64,000 nucleotides of DNA from Podarcis gaigeae. Taxonomy: Eukaryota. This document shows positions 39,135 to 53,402 of the stretch, piece by piece; within the stretch, counting starts at the first letter, position 1; the number at the start of each line of letters is the position of its first letter. The position numbers and the translations under genes are program-made. Under the pieces are notes generated by a model that did not search any database, was not told where the DNA came from, and worked only from the letters and a program-made list of their open reading frames with translations. The stretch lies in assembly GCA_964106915.2 (NCBI GenBank), contig OZ066921.1, one strand, 5' to 3'.

Positions 39135-40750
39135 TAATGCAAAAACCAAAGCAAGTGTCTGCAAAGGTGTTTTGGCTTTTACCAAAGACATAGTCTAGTT
39201 ATATGCTACTATGAATTTAAGGATGGAGTTTTTTGTACTGAAAGAAATTTATGTCTGCTAGACTGTTTAGTTCTTATTTTACTTCATTAATTGGGTTCCA
39301 ACAGATCACTTTCCATTTTTCTAAATCATTAGACAACAGATCCCACATGTGATGTGGTGCAAGACAAAGGAAGCTGCCCCCTCATGTATTCATCACAGCG
39401 GTGGACCTTTTGAGTGTTCAGAGACCTGGCGTTTTTATTTTCAGTCTCTCCAGTTAAATGGCTGGCAAATGTTTATTAAAGCTTTCAGTGATTATTCAGA
39501 CATAATACTGAAGCTTGCAGTCCTAGAAAGTAGAGACTCACACAACACTGCTCAGGGGTGAAAAAACAACCACCCCAAAATGCAAACCTTTGGACTGCCA
39601 TTTTAACTTACTTCATCTAAAAAAAATTCATCACAGAAGCAAAGTTGCATGTCACCCATCCTAATTCCTCCCATTAAAATGTCAGCATTTGATTCCTCCT
39701 CCTGCTCTCAGGAACAACAAATTGGTCACCTTCAGAACCGAAAGATGTTTACTGCATTCATTGTAATGGGGGAAATGACAGACAAATGTAATGTTTAATA
39801 GTGAAAAAGGGGGATGACTCACTCTCAAGCAGCACATTGAGTGCCTGATCCTGCACTTAATGTCACTGGCACCTTGATACAGAGTGTGCACCACTGTATT
39901 AATAGCAAGAATAATGTGCACAGTGGGAGAGTTACTGGAGTATTTAATCATTAAGGTAGCACTTGAGACCAAGTGAATAGGCTCCAAGAGTCAGCAACCA
40001 TGCCTAGGCACCAACAGGGCATGCAGGATTCACACAAACTGTGGAGGTGCAGCATAGATGCCTCTATGGGCAGGGCAGATTCCCGTTTATCAATATTGCG
40101 GGTAAATATATTAGATTCCACACAACAAATATCCATATACACAAACCTCTAATAGCACTGTCATAACATTTATTAACCATGTATTTATTTCATTAATCTA
40201 TTTTTACTTTCCAGCAATAACATGCCCTCAAAGCATCTTATAAAGCAAAGCACGCTATTGCTGCTCTTACAGTCTTTAACATTTTGTAGTCTGGCTTTCA
40301 GAGAAAAATTTTTGGTTCCTAACCCACATTTTATGGCACAGGTTTCATTTTTGGCTGGTCTTGGATTACATTCTCTGTCTTTGGAGTTGTTGTGTGGACA
40401 ACCGGGACACTCATGCCCTTCTTATTAGGGTTGGCAGTGACTCCTAATGTTTGACAGCCATTGCAGTCATTCCCAACCACATGAGTGACACCCAGTTGTG
40501 CCATCTGCTAGCAGAATGGTATTTCATTCATGTAATGGGATTCTTCTTCCCCACCCCCTGGGAACACCCTCAAATATGTTTCAAAAGGTTGGGGGGTCCA
40601 TCAGGTGCAAGTGGGGAAGGTGTCAGGAGCTCCAGGGGAGAGATGAGAAAGAGGGAAATCTTGCAGAAACTCTGGATATCAGCCATCCAAGCTTGGAGGG
40701 CTGAGGCAGAATTGTAGTTTTAGATCTGCTCCACTTCCCAGTGGGGAGGA

Positions 40751-41531
40751 GTTGCGGTGGACTGCATGGCCACCCACTCCCCACCAGGACTGAATGGCCA
40801 CCCACTCCCCACATTGTCCCCTGTTGCCTGGGGGATCCCGGCCATGTCAGAACCCGGCCAGCCAATCTGCTGGCGGGGCGGGGGGCGGGGCCGGGGCAGT
40901 TTAAACCGAGGAGCGATCCAGAGGACTTCCTCTTTGGCTCGCTTCCTCAATCACCCGCCCTCCGTCCCTATTTGCAGGTTAGGCACTGGCCTTGCTATGG
41001 ACTGTGGTTGGTCACCTTCGTTGTCCAAGGGGCCTGGTAGGAATTTTTCCATTTGGCAAATTGGCACTGGCCACTTGGTTTTCACCTACCTCGTAGCAAT
41101 TGTCACAACTTTGTTAGGGTTGCGGTTAGGCATTGTTTGAGCTTGTGGGGAGGAGGGGAGGTTTGGCCATCACCTGCCCCTCCATTCTTAAGGGTATTCC
41201 ATTAAAGGAATCCGGGGGTGTTGATTTTGTCCGAAGCCCGGCTGGGGACTAGGGCCTTGACATGACCCCAACGGGAACACCAGGGGGAGCTTGAGTTGGT
41301 TCGCATCGGCAGGGCTCCCCCTACCGGGGGCTTACCCTTTCTGGACTTCCTGCATAGCGGGCAGGAGTCAGATACAGTCAGGTCCAATCAGTGCCTAAGC
41401 CAATACTGCTCACATTCTGTAATTCAATAAAGTTGTGGCCAAAATTTGCCCAATAACATAAACCTAATATCTGTGTCCTGGTCTGACTTATTTCCCAACG
41501 AGGGGGTGGTTGCGGAGTCTCGACACGCAAC
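40751..41531 (+). mobile_element. Probable solo LTR (~780 bp)
   Basis: Short terminal inverted repeat GTTGCG...CGCAAC, a GC box followed by TTTAAA (~40900), AATAAA at 41426-41431, an internal duplicated 18-mer and raised CpG content. The TSD is ambiguous. Confidence 0.55.
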
Positions 41532-41868
41532 GGATGGATTCTCTAGCCTAGCCTAAACCTCTGAACAAGGAGACACACCTTCCTCTCTCCTTATCTTTTC
41601 ACTCTTTTCACTCCTGCCTTAGAATCCCCATTTCAGACTCTGTTCCCCAGGGTGCTCTGAATGCTTGCCACGGGGCCACCTGTTTGACTGAGGCTCCATT
41701 CCCACGCTTATGTAGGAGTCTGCCCCACTGAACTCAATGGGATGTACTTCTAAATATAGAACTGCACTGTTTGAATCAAGAAGGAAACCCTGAAAGCTTT
41801 GTTCCACCTAATGATATATACACACACTGTAAGCATGGAAACGTCTACAACAACAGGAGCAGGTTTAC

Positions 41869-41923
41869 CTTCCAGTCTGGGGGGAGCTGGGCACCAAATC
41901 CCAAAGCAGGAAACATTTTATCT
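41869..41923 (-). CDS. CPNE2: CPNE2 exon 12 (55 nt): DKMFPALGFGAQLPPDWK
   Basis: ttttgcag|AGATAAA...TGGAAG|gtaaac; copine motif FPALGFGA. Confidence 0.95.
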
Positions 41924-43096
41924 CTGCAAAATAATCAGAAGAAGGGGGGAAGGGGGAAGCAAGGGAGAAAGTAAGTATGGACTTAGGCAAGGCTGCAGAT
42001 CTCCAGCACATTTCTGTAACCCATATAAATGATATTGGTTCAACAAGATATGCAGAAAACTGCTTAGGAGAGATTCCTGCTCCCTGAGTACTCACCCTGA
42101 TTTATTCACACAAAGTTTATGCAGAGGTGAGACTATATTCAGTCTTTTATTGAGCATTCCTTCCGATTTGTTTGCTGGGAGGTTATACAACAAGGAGCAC
42201 CCATCCTTTCTGCAGTGGTTATATGCCTTTCCATTAATCAGGAGTGGAGGGGAACCTCCTGCTTATGGGCCAAATTAGGCCTACCAGGCCACCCCATTTG
42301 GCCAAGCCACACACACCTGCCCAGGTGTAGGGCAGGTAAAAACCTGGCTCAGTCAAAGGGGGAGGTTGCAGGCACTGCTGATCAGCCTGAAAAGCCCTAT
42401 GCAAAGAGTTCCAGAAGGTGATGTGTTTGCAAGGCCTCACAACCAGCTTTGCAAGACGCGTGTGGTCAACTTCACTGCCAGATCAATGTGTTTCTCTACC
42501 ATCATGAGGACTACAAACTTTAGAGAATTGCACAAACCACATGGAAGGGACACATGCAGGCGTTAATCCTCTTCCCTTTTAAACAATTTTAAATTGTTAG
42601 CTCCTTTGGGAGCCAAACATGCCTAATAAGTGGAATATAAATACATAAGCCAAGAAACACATTGTTTTGGAAAGGGCACTTTGCCCCACACTGGCAATCT
42701 GTCCCTGACTTGAGACAATCTGCAGAATTCCAGGGGGAATTTAAGAAGAGCCAGGATGATTCAAAGCAAGCTCCCCGTCCTGTCTTCCGTATCCTGTCAC
42801 CATCCAGATGCTTTGGGCTGCTGAGAGCCATAATCTAAAACATCTGGAACGCCTCAAGGTGGGGCGAGGTTGATTTAATCCAACATCCCATTTCCCGAAT
42901 GGCCAGCCAGGGGGATCTGGAAGATCACAAGCAAGGCATGAAGGTGGCACAGTAAGATAGGGCTGTAAAAAGCTGCCTTTTGTCGAGTTAGTTATATTGG
43001 TTTGTCTAGCTCACTAATGTCTGCACTTACTGCCAGTGGCTCTTTGGGGTTTCAGGCAGAGTCTTGCATAGCCCTATGTGGAGTTGCTATTGGTAT

Positions 43097-43098
<2 letters not shown>

Positions 43099-43127
<29 letters not shown>
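43099..43127. repeat. (GT)n microsatellite
   Basis: Directly visible tandem repeat. Confidence 0.95.
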
Positions 43128-43131
<4 letters not shown>

Positions 43132-43149
43132 TGCGCGCTTAGTTTCCCC

Positions 43150-43571
43150 CCCAAAAAAATATACATATAAAACATAGCAATTTCAAACATTAAAATACAG
43201 AGTTCTTTCAAACTCTTGGACCTCCTTCCATCTTTAAGATTAAATTTACTGCATCTTTTACCCTTATCTAGCTATTATATAACCATAATTATCATTAAAT
43301 CAATTCCACATTACAAGTGTCTTTACATCCCTGCCAAAGATTTTAACTGTTTACAGTGGTCTTTTAAGTAAATTATGAATTTATTCCAGTCTTTAGAAAA
43401 TACTTGATCTTCCTGGTTTTGGATCTTTCCAATCAGTTCCGCCATTTCCGCATATTCTATCAGTTTCATCTGCCATTCTTCTTTTGTTGGTATTTCTCCT
43501 TCCTTCCATCTCTGGGCTAGTAGCATTCTCGCTGACATTATTGCATACTTAAAAAGTCTTTTATCTGCCAT
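43150..43571 (-). mobile_element. 5'-truncated L1-clade LINE (ORF2 C-terminus plus 3'UTR)
   Basis: ORF 43323..43571 (ARMLLAQRWKEGEIPTKEEWQMKL...DWNKFIIYL) resembles the C-terminal end of non-mammalian L1 ORF2. Confidence 0.75.
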
Positions 43572-43781
43572 TGGAATTTGAACCAGGGACCCCTTGCTCT
43601 ACCACTGACTAGTAGCCCTTGTGTTGATAGACCTCTGCTGTTTTCCCTCTGTGTGCATCTTTTGGCTAATAATAATAATAATAATAATTTATTATTTATA
43701 CCCCACCCATATGGTTGCGTTTCCCAGGTGTACTGCTTCTGTAGCTGGAGGTTCCACCTAGCTGTTATGGCTAACAGCTCT

Positions 43782-43783
<2 letters not shown>

Positions 43784-43818
<35 letters not shown>
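43784..43818. repeat. (GATT)n microsatellite; (AAT)n nearby at ~43667-43688
   Basis: Directly visible tandem repeats. Confidence 0.92.
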
Positions 43819-43911
43819 CTCCATGAATTTTGTTTTAAAATACATAAAACATCTGAAGCAATATTTAGATCATCCCTTCCAGACAGAGCCTCATGAGGGA
43901 AGCGGCACTTA

Positions 43912-44169
<258 letters not shown>

Positions 44170-44189
44170 TTACCCCCCCTTTTCTACAA

Positions 44190-44315
44190 CAGGGAAACTG
44201 GGGCTTTCCCAATGTTTCTGGACTCCAACCCCCAGAATCCCTGACCACTGTCCACGCTGACTGGGGCTGATGGGAGTTGGAATCCAACAACATCTGGAGG
44301 GCCACTGGAAAGCCT
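44190..44315. repeat. Representative of a very abundant short fold-back repeat family (ggactacaactcccatcagcccc / gatgggagttgtagtcc)
   Basis: Related copies near 1.2, 6.5, 15.8, 25.5, 29.9, 31.9, 33.1, 35.4, 47.7, 48.7, 59.2 and 62.3 kb; the internal inverted repeat suggests a DNA-transposon-derived MITE. Confidence 0.7.
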
Positions 44316-45384
44316 AAGTTGTGGCTTAGCTCCACTTCAACAGAGTGGCCATCTCTTCCTCAAAGGGCTTTTGGGTCCATCCACAACTAACTGGTCAAGG
44401 CAAAAAGTGGACTATTTCTTAGTATTGGTTCTTCATCGCACAGGTCCCCCAATACCTTCTGGAATGCCTCTCATGATATGAACCTTCCGAGACCCCAAGA
44501 TCCTCATGATTTAACGTTACATCTGAACAAGGCCACATTCTCCCCATCCATCCTCTCCTCTGCCTCCCTCAGCTTCCTCTGCCTCCACTGTGCTGCATTT
44601 TAAATTGTAAGATCATTGGGGCACAGACCTCTCTGCTACTACTTTGCAAAACACTGTGTGCATTGGTGGCACTATCTGAATAACAACCAATTGCTGGCCA
44701 TGGCATCCAATGGAAGGCAATCAGTTACTCAGTGGATCCTGACGGTACCATTCCACAACTCAAGACCTGCTAGACGAGCATCAGGAGAAATCCAGAAGTC
44801 CGTCCAGCTAGTCAAGTTCTGAACAGATGATTCCAGCCCTCTGTGATGGTTTATTTGGCTTCCAAATGAACCATTTCCTCCTTTGTGCCAGCAAACCTTT
44901 ATGCAATAGTTCAGCTGTGTGCGTAACATGCTTGTACTCATTCCCGTTCCTATGGCAACGCCTCCTCCCTTCCTCTTTATGTCTCTTTAGACCAAAACAA
45001 CAAATACGGGGGGAAAGAATATAGCCTGCATTTGTGTGTTTGTGTGCATAGACACAACATTCTTGGACACTGTACTCGAAAAAATAAGTTTGAAGCAGCA
45101 GGGGGCGGGGATACGTGTTCAATACATTGGATGAAACAACAGTGGAATTTAAAGGCCCTGCACTCTTCCTGAAGTAAAGATTCCACAAACGCACCTGCGT
45201 AGAATGAATGAAAAATCTCTCATTGCATATACACCAGCAAATGTCTAAGGTGAAGAAACACAGAACATTTAACCCAGAGGTCTCAAGAACGTTGATACAG
45301 GTCAGAACAGGGGGAAAGCATTGGAAATTCTGCTAGATAATAAACCAAAGCTAGGATCTCCTTCTTGGATTAAAGCGAGCAGCA

Positions 45385-45604
45385 ATTCAAGTTACAAGAA
45401 AGGAGATGCCAACGAAACATCAGGAAGGACTTTCTGAGAGTAAGAGCTGTTCAACAGTGGAATGGACTCCCTTGGGAGGGGGTGGACTCTCCTTTCCTTG
45501 CAGAGGTTGGGTGGCCATTTGATCTAGTTGATATTCCTGCAGTGGAGGGGTTGGACTAGATTACCCCCTGGGTCCCTTCCAACTCTACAATTCTCTGATT
45601 CTGT
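45385..45604 (+). mobile_element. CR1 LINE 3' fragment
   Basis: Similar to 59950-60130; ends ggtcccttccaactctacaattctctgattctg. Confidence 0.75.
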
Positions 45605-45699
45605 CATTTGGCATGCCCAAAGCTACATCTGCCAAATCTTCAAGTGTGCCAATAGAGACATTTGCACAAATTTGCAGCTTATACATGCATTTTGCTAAC

Positions 45700-45815
45700 A
45701 GGCTAATGTAGGATGAGGTGGCCTTTGAGGTACTGGGGTGGTCTTGAGCAGCATAAGGTTTTATAGAACAAAACCAACACTTGGAACTGAGCCCAGATGC
45801 TAATTGGTACAATAC
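45700..45815 (-). mobile_element. Degenerate L2 fragment
   Basis: Minus-strand frames give LPISIWAQFQVLVLFYKTL-like text typical of the L2 ORF2 end. Confidence 0.5.
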
Positions 45816-47083
45816 CCCAGGGGCATCCTGGGCGGAAGAGATGGAGCTGTTCTACAGCCACTGCCAGCAGAGCATGAGTTTTTAAAAAATCCAACTCACA
45901 AATGGGCAGGGACCCTCACTTCATTTTTTTCTGGGTCTGCTAGAAACATATTTTTATTCCAGCAAACATATGATTCAGCTTTCTAGGCTTGCTCTAAAGG
46001 TTTTACTGGTTTTAGCTGTGTTTTTATCTATGACTACATTATGGTTGTGGGATTTTTTGGTTGATCTTAGCTGTGCTTTATTGACAATTTTAGAGTGTAC
46101 ACTGCTTAGAGAGTTATGTGTAAGTTGTTTATTTTTAATCATTTCTTTTAGAAAGATTTATAAACAGTTTATAAGAAAAAGAGAGGAAGAGACCAGTAGC
46201 ACAATACGCCCCCAATCCATTTGAGTAATTTCAACTCCCAAATCCCCCTCCTCCAGCAAAATAATAATAATAATCTGTGAATACGGGTGGTGAATTTGGC
46301 TCAGCCCTAGTTTTGGCCCAATTACCAGAAGCTTTCTGGCTATGGGCTTGACCAGTAGATCGCTCTGTGTGATCCACATTGAAAGGCAGCTCCTAGACAT
46401 TTTGATGACCTTCCTGGCAGATTGTGGCCAACATTAATGAATATCTGTGTGCAGATGCATGTATTTAAACTGAGATTTCAGATAGCCTGCCTATGGAGGC
46501 AATATGTCTTGGGTCAGACCTGTCTGACTGAGGCATCAGTCTTCATTTGATTAAGAAATGAGGTTAGTAAGCAAGCCTGCAAAATGAGCCCAGGCAGAAA
46601 GTGGCCCTAAATGAAATTGGATTCATAGGGAAATTGATGATTAATTAAATTAAATTTTTGAATTTCTTCCCATGAAGACATCTTGAAGCGATCAACCATT
46701 TTTTTAAAAAAAAAGAATCAGCAGTAACAACTTCAGATCCAATACAGATTCTAACTGAGGCAAAAACTGATGACGTGTGCTGCAAAATTCACCCAGCATT
46801 GGGGTTTTTTGGCCAAATGAAATGTGTTCATTGCTTTGCAATGTTGCTTTCCTTCTGCCCCGTTGAGCTGGATTGATGTCATTCGTTCTGCTGTACCTCA
46901 TGCCTCGTTTGCGATCGCAGCCAGGGGCTGATACAGGCAGCTTGCTCTCAGATCCACAGCGATTACATTGGAGTCGGAGACTCCTCAAGGCTACCTTGAT
47001 CTCCCGGGATCTTTTTAGGCCTGTCATTTGATTAAGTCCAAGTGAGAAGAGGATGCAGAATGGCAGGTTCCCAAACGAATTCA

Positions 47084-47218
<135 letters not shown>

Positions 47219-48755
47219 TTAGGAAGGAGGGGAGGAAGGGAGGCAATATAAGTGCATTTTCAGAAATCCCTAAACATTTGTAAGCAGAAAAACTTATTAT
47301 AAGGCACTTTTGACCGTTTGTCTCTATGGAACTAAGGTCCTGTTGACCATCAAAATTTCAGAAGCAATATCAAAGAGAAACTGCCCATGTGTGCACTGCA
47401 AAAACTAGGTCCATTGCATTCAAAGTTCTATCTTTGGCGAGTCCAATTAGAAGTGCAAAGGATTGCTGAACACTGCAGTCATCAAGAATACTGAGCATGT
47501 ATGCATACATACACCACACCTCCTGCATCAGGACCGTCCTGGCAAGAATGTTTGCTGCTTCTATGATAACATTTGCATAGAATACCTGAAGCAGCACGCA
47601 GTGTGAAGCAAAGATGCATCCACCAGAAGCCACGGCCAATAGCAACCTACAGCAGAGGGTGCTAAGGGGATGTCCACTTGTTGCTGTAAAACTACAACTC
47701 CCATCAGCCCCAGCGAACATGGCAAATAGTTAAGGACAAAGAGAGTTGTAGTCCTACAATGCCTAGAGGGCACCATGTTGGCTATTCCTGCCGGATGCAA
47801 GGGGAGGGGGTCATATTAGAGCATCTGCTTTGCATACAGAAGGTCACAGGTGCAGTCTCTAAGCCGGGCTAAGAATGTCCTACTTCCTGAAACCCTGGAG
47901 AGCTGTTGGCAGTCAGTGTGGACAATGCTGAACTCGAAGCACCAACTGCCTGGTTCCCTTTTTTGTAGCATCTCCAGAACCTCACAGGAATCTCATTGTC
48001 TTCCCTCCTCCCCGTCCTCTCTCATCCCTTCTACTCCCCTTCAAGCTCAGCGTTGATAGCTTCCCTTTCCTGAGGTCACAACATTATGCAAATCCAGTAA
48101 CGGTTGTTTTTAAAGTTAGGATGAACTAACCATAACTGCAACTTTAAAGATTATACAATAATACATTTCTTCTAGGGAAAAGCACCAGGGGCGGAGGAGA
48201 GCCTAATCTCCCCCCTGCCTTGCTTACAAATCTGTGGGAGAAAAGAACCACCACCATTCCAATTCACCGCCTCTGAAGAAAATAATGCCACCGGCTTTTC
48301 CTTCCAAGAAGCAGCTGCAAGAATTTTCATACATGTTTTTTGAGCAGCAACACGTTTCGCAACAGCCTCACCCTACCCAGTGCCCTCCAGATGTTTGGAA
48401 TCGCTTCCAGATTACCTGTTTAATGAGCCTTTCCCTGATTTGTTTGAGGGAGGCTGGACAACGCTGTATCAAAGCGCTGTCCAATGTTTTCCAATATTTT
48501 TCCCATCCCTCCCGGTCACATGCCTTATTGGGGGAAAACTTGAGAAAGTGGGTTTGTTGCACATGACCTCCCAGTCTGTTACAACTGCAAGACCCGGATT
48601 TGCTGGTATGTGATAGAATCCTACCCCCACAAAAGTCTGGGGGTGCCCATGGGATACCTCTCCCTCCAGTCTCAGTAGGGGGCAATGGGAGCTGTAGTCC
48701 AAAACATCTGGAGGGCACCATGGTTGGTGCCAGATGCTTTGTGTGAAGTACTCAC

Positions 48756-48842
48756 TTTGCAGGATTTCACAATGATGATTCCTGAGTTCTTGTAGCTCCT
48801 TTTCTTCTTCTGTTTTTTGGGGTTAATGCATTCAAATTCTAC
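48756..48842 (-). CDS. CPNE2: CPNE2 exon 9 (87 nt): [29 protein letters not shown]
   Basis: aaatag|GTAGAA...TGCAAA|gtgagt; copine motif INPKK...YKNSG. Confidence 0.95.
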
Positions 48843-49790
48843 CTATTTAAAAATGAAACGGAAGGAAGACAGGTCACAATAAACACAAGAGATCCTGAAT
48901 CATAGAATTATAGAACTGTAGAGTTGGAAGGAACCACAAGGGTCCCTGCCATGCAGAAATCCTGCACACAGCCGGTTCTCATTCTCTCAATGCCAGCAAA
49001 ATGCCACAATGAGCCACGATTTGTTAGGTTGGGGAACTGCATCACTCAACACAGAAAAGTGCACCTTTGGAAGGTTAGCTGCATCTGGGTCTGCTTGCCA
49101 GTTTGGAAACTGCAAACTACATCGGAACACGGGACGCTGCCCGAGACCGACCACTGATCCACCTAGTTCAGCATTGTCTACCTTGAATGGCAGCAGCTCT
49201 CCAGGATTTAGGGCAAGGAAGTCTCTCCTAGTAGGTTCTGCATTAAAATGCTCCCTTAATCAAATTTCTTAACCATCGTTAGCTATGGATGCACCTAGAC
49301 GATGGAGCTGAGAAAGCCATTCCCTTCTGGTCTTTAGAGCCTGGTGTTTTGAATGAAAGAGCTGCCTGGGTTACTGACAGCAGGTAATTCCATTTAGAAG
49401 CACTCAGCACTTGACAGAAACAAAAGCGGAAATGGCAGATGAACACAGCAGTATTCCAAGTCCTTTTTTTATGTGTGTGTGTGTTTTTTGGGGGTGAAGG
49501 ATGTTGATTACTCATTAAGTAAACAAACGCGTGTTCCCATTTTATTTTTAAGCTTTTATGTAGAAGCACCCCAGCTGTCTCTCTGAAAGAACCTTTTTTT
49601 TCCACCTGGAGCATGTCGATAAAAATGCACACATTCGTAGGAGGCAAAAAGGAAGGTCTGAAGTCAATATGTAACGATTGTGAACAATTGTGAACCTGAC
49701 CTACTGGGACTTTATCAATTCACAGATCAACCTCTACTGCTCACTTTGCTCTGGGTAACACCAATGACATAACCTTTAGACCACTAGATA

Positions 49791-50230
49791 CCGTATTTTT
49801 CGCTCTATAAGACACACTTTTCCCCTCCTAAAAAGTAAGGGGAAATGTGTGTGCGTCTTTTGGAGCGAATGCAGGCTCCATGGCTTCAGCGAAAGCAACG
49901 CGAAGCCTGCGGAGCACAGCGGGAGTGTTCCCGCTGCACTCTGGAGGCTTCGTGTTGCTTTCGCTGGAGCCAGGAGAGCAAGAGGGGTCGGTGCGCACCA
50001 ATCCCTCTTGTTCTCCTGGCTTCGCTGGAGAGGCGCTGCACAGCTTTCCCTCTCTACGCAGCGCCCCTTCAGCAAAGTGGGAGGAGAAATGGAAGGGGCT
50101 CCGTTTCTCCTGCCACTTCACTGAAGGGGTGCTGCGCAGAGAGAGAGAGAATATTTTTTTTTCTTGTTCTTCCCCTCTAAAACTAGGTGCGTCTTATGGT
50201 CCGGTGCGCCTCATAGAGCGAAAAATACGG
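49791..50230. mobile_element. TA-flanked MITE, inverted relative to 31254-31755
   Basis: TA|CCGTATTTTTCGCTCTAT ... ATAGAGCGAAAAATACGG|TA. Confidence 0.87.
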
Positions 50231-52526
50231 TAGTCTGATCTACCTGAAACGGAAGAGAATTCTCTATCATCCTTCAATATAAAAGGTCTCTGAACATAAT
50301 AGGGAAAAACTGGCACTTTATTGGCCTTTTATGGACTTCCTCTGAGATCTGAAAAGTTGCTTTATGCCAGGACAGACAATTGGTCCATCTAACTCAGTAC
50401 TGTCTACACTGTCTGGCAGCAGCTCTCCAGGGCTTAAGGGCTTTCTCAGACCCTGCCTGAACCTGCCAGCGATTGAACAAGGCACTTTTCCCATGCAAAA
50501 CGTGCTCTGAGCTATGAGAATGTTCACAAACATTTGAATAAATCCCACAAGGTTGATAAACAGGTCAGATGAGGTGTTTTTTTAAAAAACTGTAATATAA
50601 TTACTTGCCATTACAAACATTTGGCCAGGTATCAACTAAGCAAACCTTACGTATTTAATAACATTTCAGAGACTGATACAATTTTTTTTAAAAAAAACAC
50701 CTTTTAAAATATCACAATCTGATGCAGAAGAAAGCTGCCATCCCTATGATAATCAGCAGAATTTCCATCGATCATGCGATGCCTGAGTGAGAATTTTTGC
50801 TGTTCTAAATGTAGCATATTTATCAGTGTCTCTGACAGGAAGAGCAACTTATCTCGGAAAATCCGTCTTCAAAAGTAGCAATGGGTAGGTTTTTTAAAAA
50901 ATGAAATCTGCATGCACTTCACATTCACGTATCAAGTGAGTAAGACCTTCAAGGGTCTGAGAATTACAAAATCCAGCTTGACTTCTAGGGATACCCTTTA
51001 ATCTGGCTCTCCCATTCTGCAAAGGGTAAAATATTTGGGCCTTAGGAAAAAAAACTGTTCTTAGTTTAACATCCATCCATTCCCTTATATAACTGGGTGT
51101 GCCATAGGTAGGAGAAATTATAATAGTAGAGCCCAGCATCCTGTTCTCACAGTGGCCAACCAGATGGCCTGATGGGGAGCCCCCGAGCAGGCCCTGGGCA
51201 CCCCACATGTGATTCCTAGCGACTACTATTCAGGTGCATACTGGCATAGCCATTGATAGCCTGCTCCTTCATTAATCCTCTTTTAAAACTATCCACATGG
51301 GTGCCCAACACTACCTTCACATGGAAGCAAATTCCATTAGTCAAATGACTGTGTGGAAAAAAAGTACTTTCTTTGACTGTCAACGTAAACGCTTGCTAAT
51401 GAGCGAGAGGTTGGAGAGAACTGAAAATAACAAACCAAGAGAATGCAAGTAAAGGAACGAAGATGGCACATCGATCTAGACATGGAATCATAGAACCAGA
51501 AGGGACCCGAAGGGTCGTCTAGTCCAACCCCCCTGGCAATGCAGCAGAGTAGGGGAACGTGAGTTATGGAGGCAGCAACAGGTTTTATTTTGTTTTCCAA
51601 TGATCCAGTTGGATTTTTGCTATGCATCCACACAGATAGCAGTACAAAACAAAAAAAAGAGGGGAGTGGCCTTATACTGGGTCAAACCATTGCATCTAGC
51701 TCAGTACCGGCTACATGTGACAGGCAGCAGTGGCTCTCCAGAGTTTCAGGCACCTGCCTGGAGATGGAGTCTTTTGCATGTGAAGGCTGTGAATCCTGGA
51801 AGACCTGCTTCTTGCCTTGCAGGCCTTTATCCACCTGGCCTAGGAGGGGAAGGCTGTGATTGACTCCAGCTGCAAAAGCTGAAGATGCTGAACAGACTCC
51901 CGCACGGGGGTGTTGTTGTTGGAGGGGGGGGGTGCTGTTAGTGATATTTTTGGCTATTTGGTTGTGTACTTTTTGATGTGTTTTACTTACTGTTTATGGC
52001 GCTACTTCTGTTCCATTTGTAATGGTGTACATTTGTTCATGCTGTAAACCGCATTGTGCATGGTTTGAACCATGGAAAAGTGCCATACAAGTAAATTGTG
52101 TGCGCATGTATGCTCCATCGCTGCGCTATGGCCCTTCCCGAAACCTTGCTGCAGGCCTGCACAACCACCACCCTGCCTCTGAGCAGGGAGAGAGCAAGGT
52201 CACCTCCATCAGCCTGGCTGGGAGGAGGCACACAAAGGAAGGCCTTGGATGATGAAGGCAGTGTCCAGGTTGGTTTATATGGGGAGAGGCGGTCCTTCTA
52301 GGAGAGGACTCTCTGCTGACACATCAGAAAACCACTACCAGACAAGCCATTACTGTGCTAGGTGGACCAATGGCTCAGCATAAAGAGACTTCTTCTATTG
52401 TCCTTCTTATTATTACTACTACTATTACAGCACATGTATCCCACCATGTTTCTTACATCACAGAACCCAACATGTAATTCTCAGATGGTCTCCCAAGCAG
52501 GGACTGACAAGCCCCAAATCTGCTTA

Positions 52527-52872
52527 AAAAGGTAAAGGTACCCCTGCCCGTACGGGCCAGTCTTGCCAGACTCTGGGGTTGTGCGCCCATCTCACTCAAG
52601 AGGCCAGGGGCCAGCGCTGTCCAAAGACACTTCCGGGTCACGTGGCCAGCGTGACATCGCTGCTCTGGCGAGCCAGAGCTGCACACGGAAACGCCGTTTA
52701 CCTTCCCGCTGGAAAGCGGTCCCTATTTATCTACTTGCACCCGAGGGTGCTTTCGAACTGCTAGGTTGGCAGCAACGGGAGCGCACCCCGCTGCGGGGAT
52801 TCGAACCGCCGACCTTTCGATCGGCAAGCCCTAGGCGCTGAGGCTTTTACCCACAGCGCCACCCGCGTCCAT
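52527..52872 (-). mobile_element. Full-length Sauria SINE
   Basis: The minus strand starts GGACGCGGGTGGCGCTGTGG (A box), contains GGTTCGAATCC (B box) and ends with an ACCTTT-repeat tail. A perfect 13-bp TSD CCAAATCTGCTTA lies at 52514-52526 and 52873-52885. Confidence 0.92.
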
Positions 52873-53039
52873 CCAAATCTGCTTAGCAAGGTGAATTTAG
52901 GAATCTGCCTTGTAATGTCTGTCTATCTCAGTCTTGTCTACACTGTGGCAGCAGTTCTGCAAGGTTTCAGGCAGGGAATCTCTCCCAGCCATACCTGCAG
53001 CTACAATGCCTTCAGGCCAGAACATTTTCCTATTCTTCA

Positions 53040-53402
<363 letters not shown>

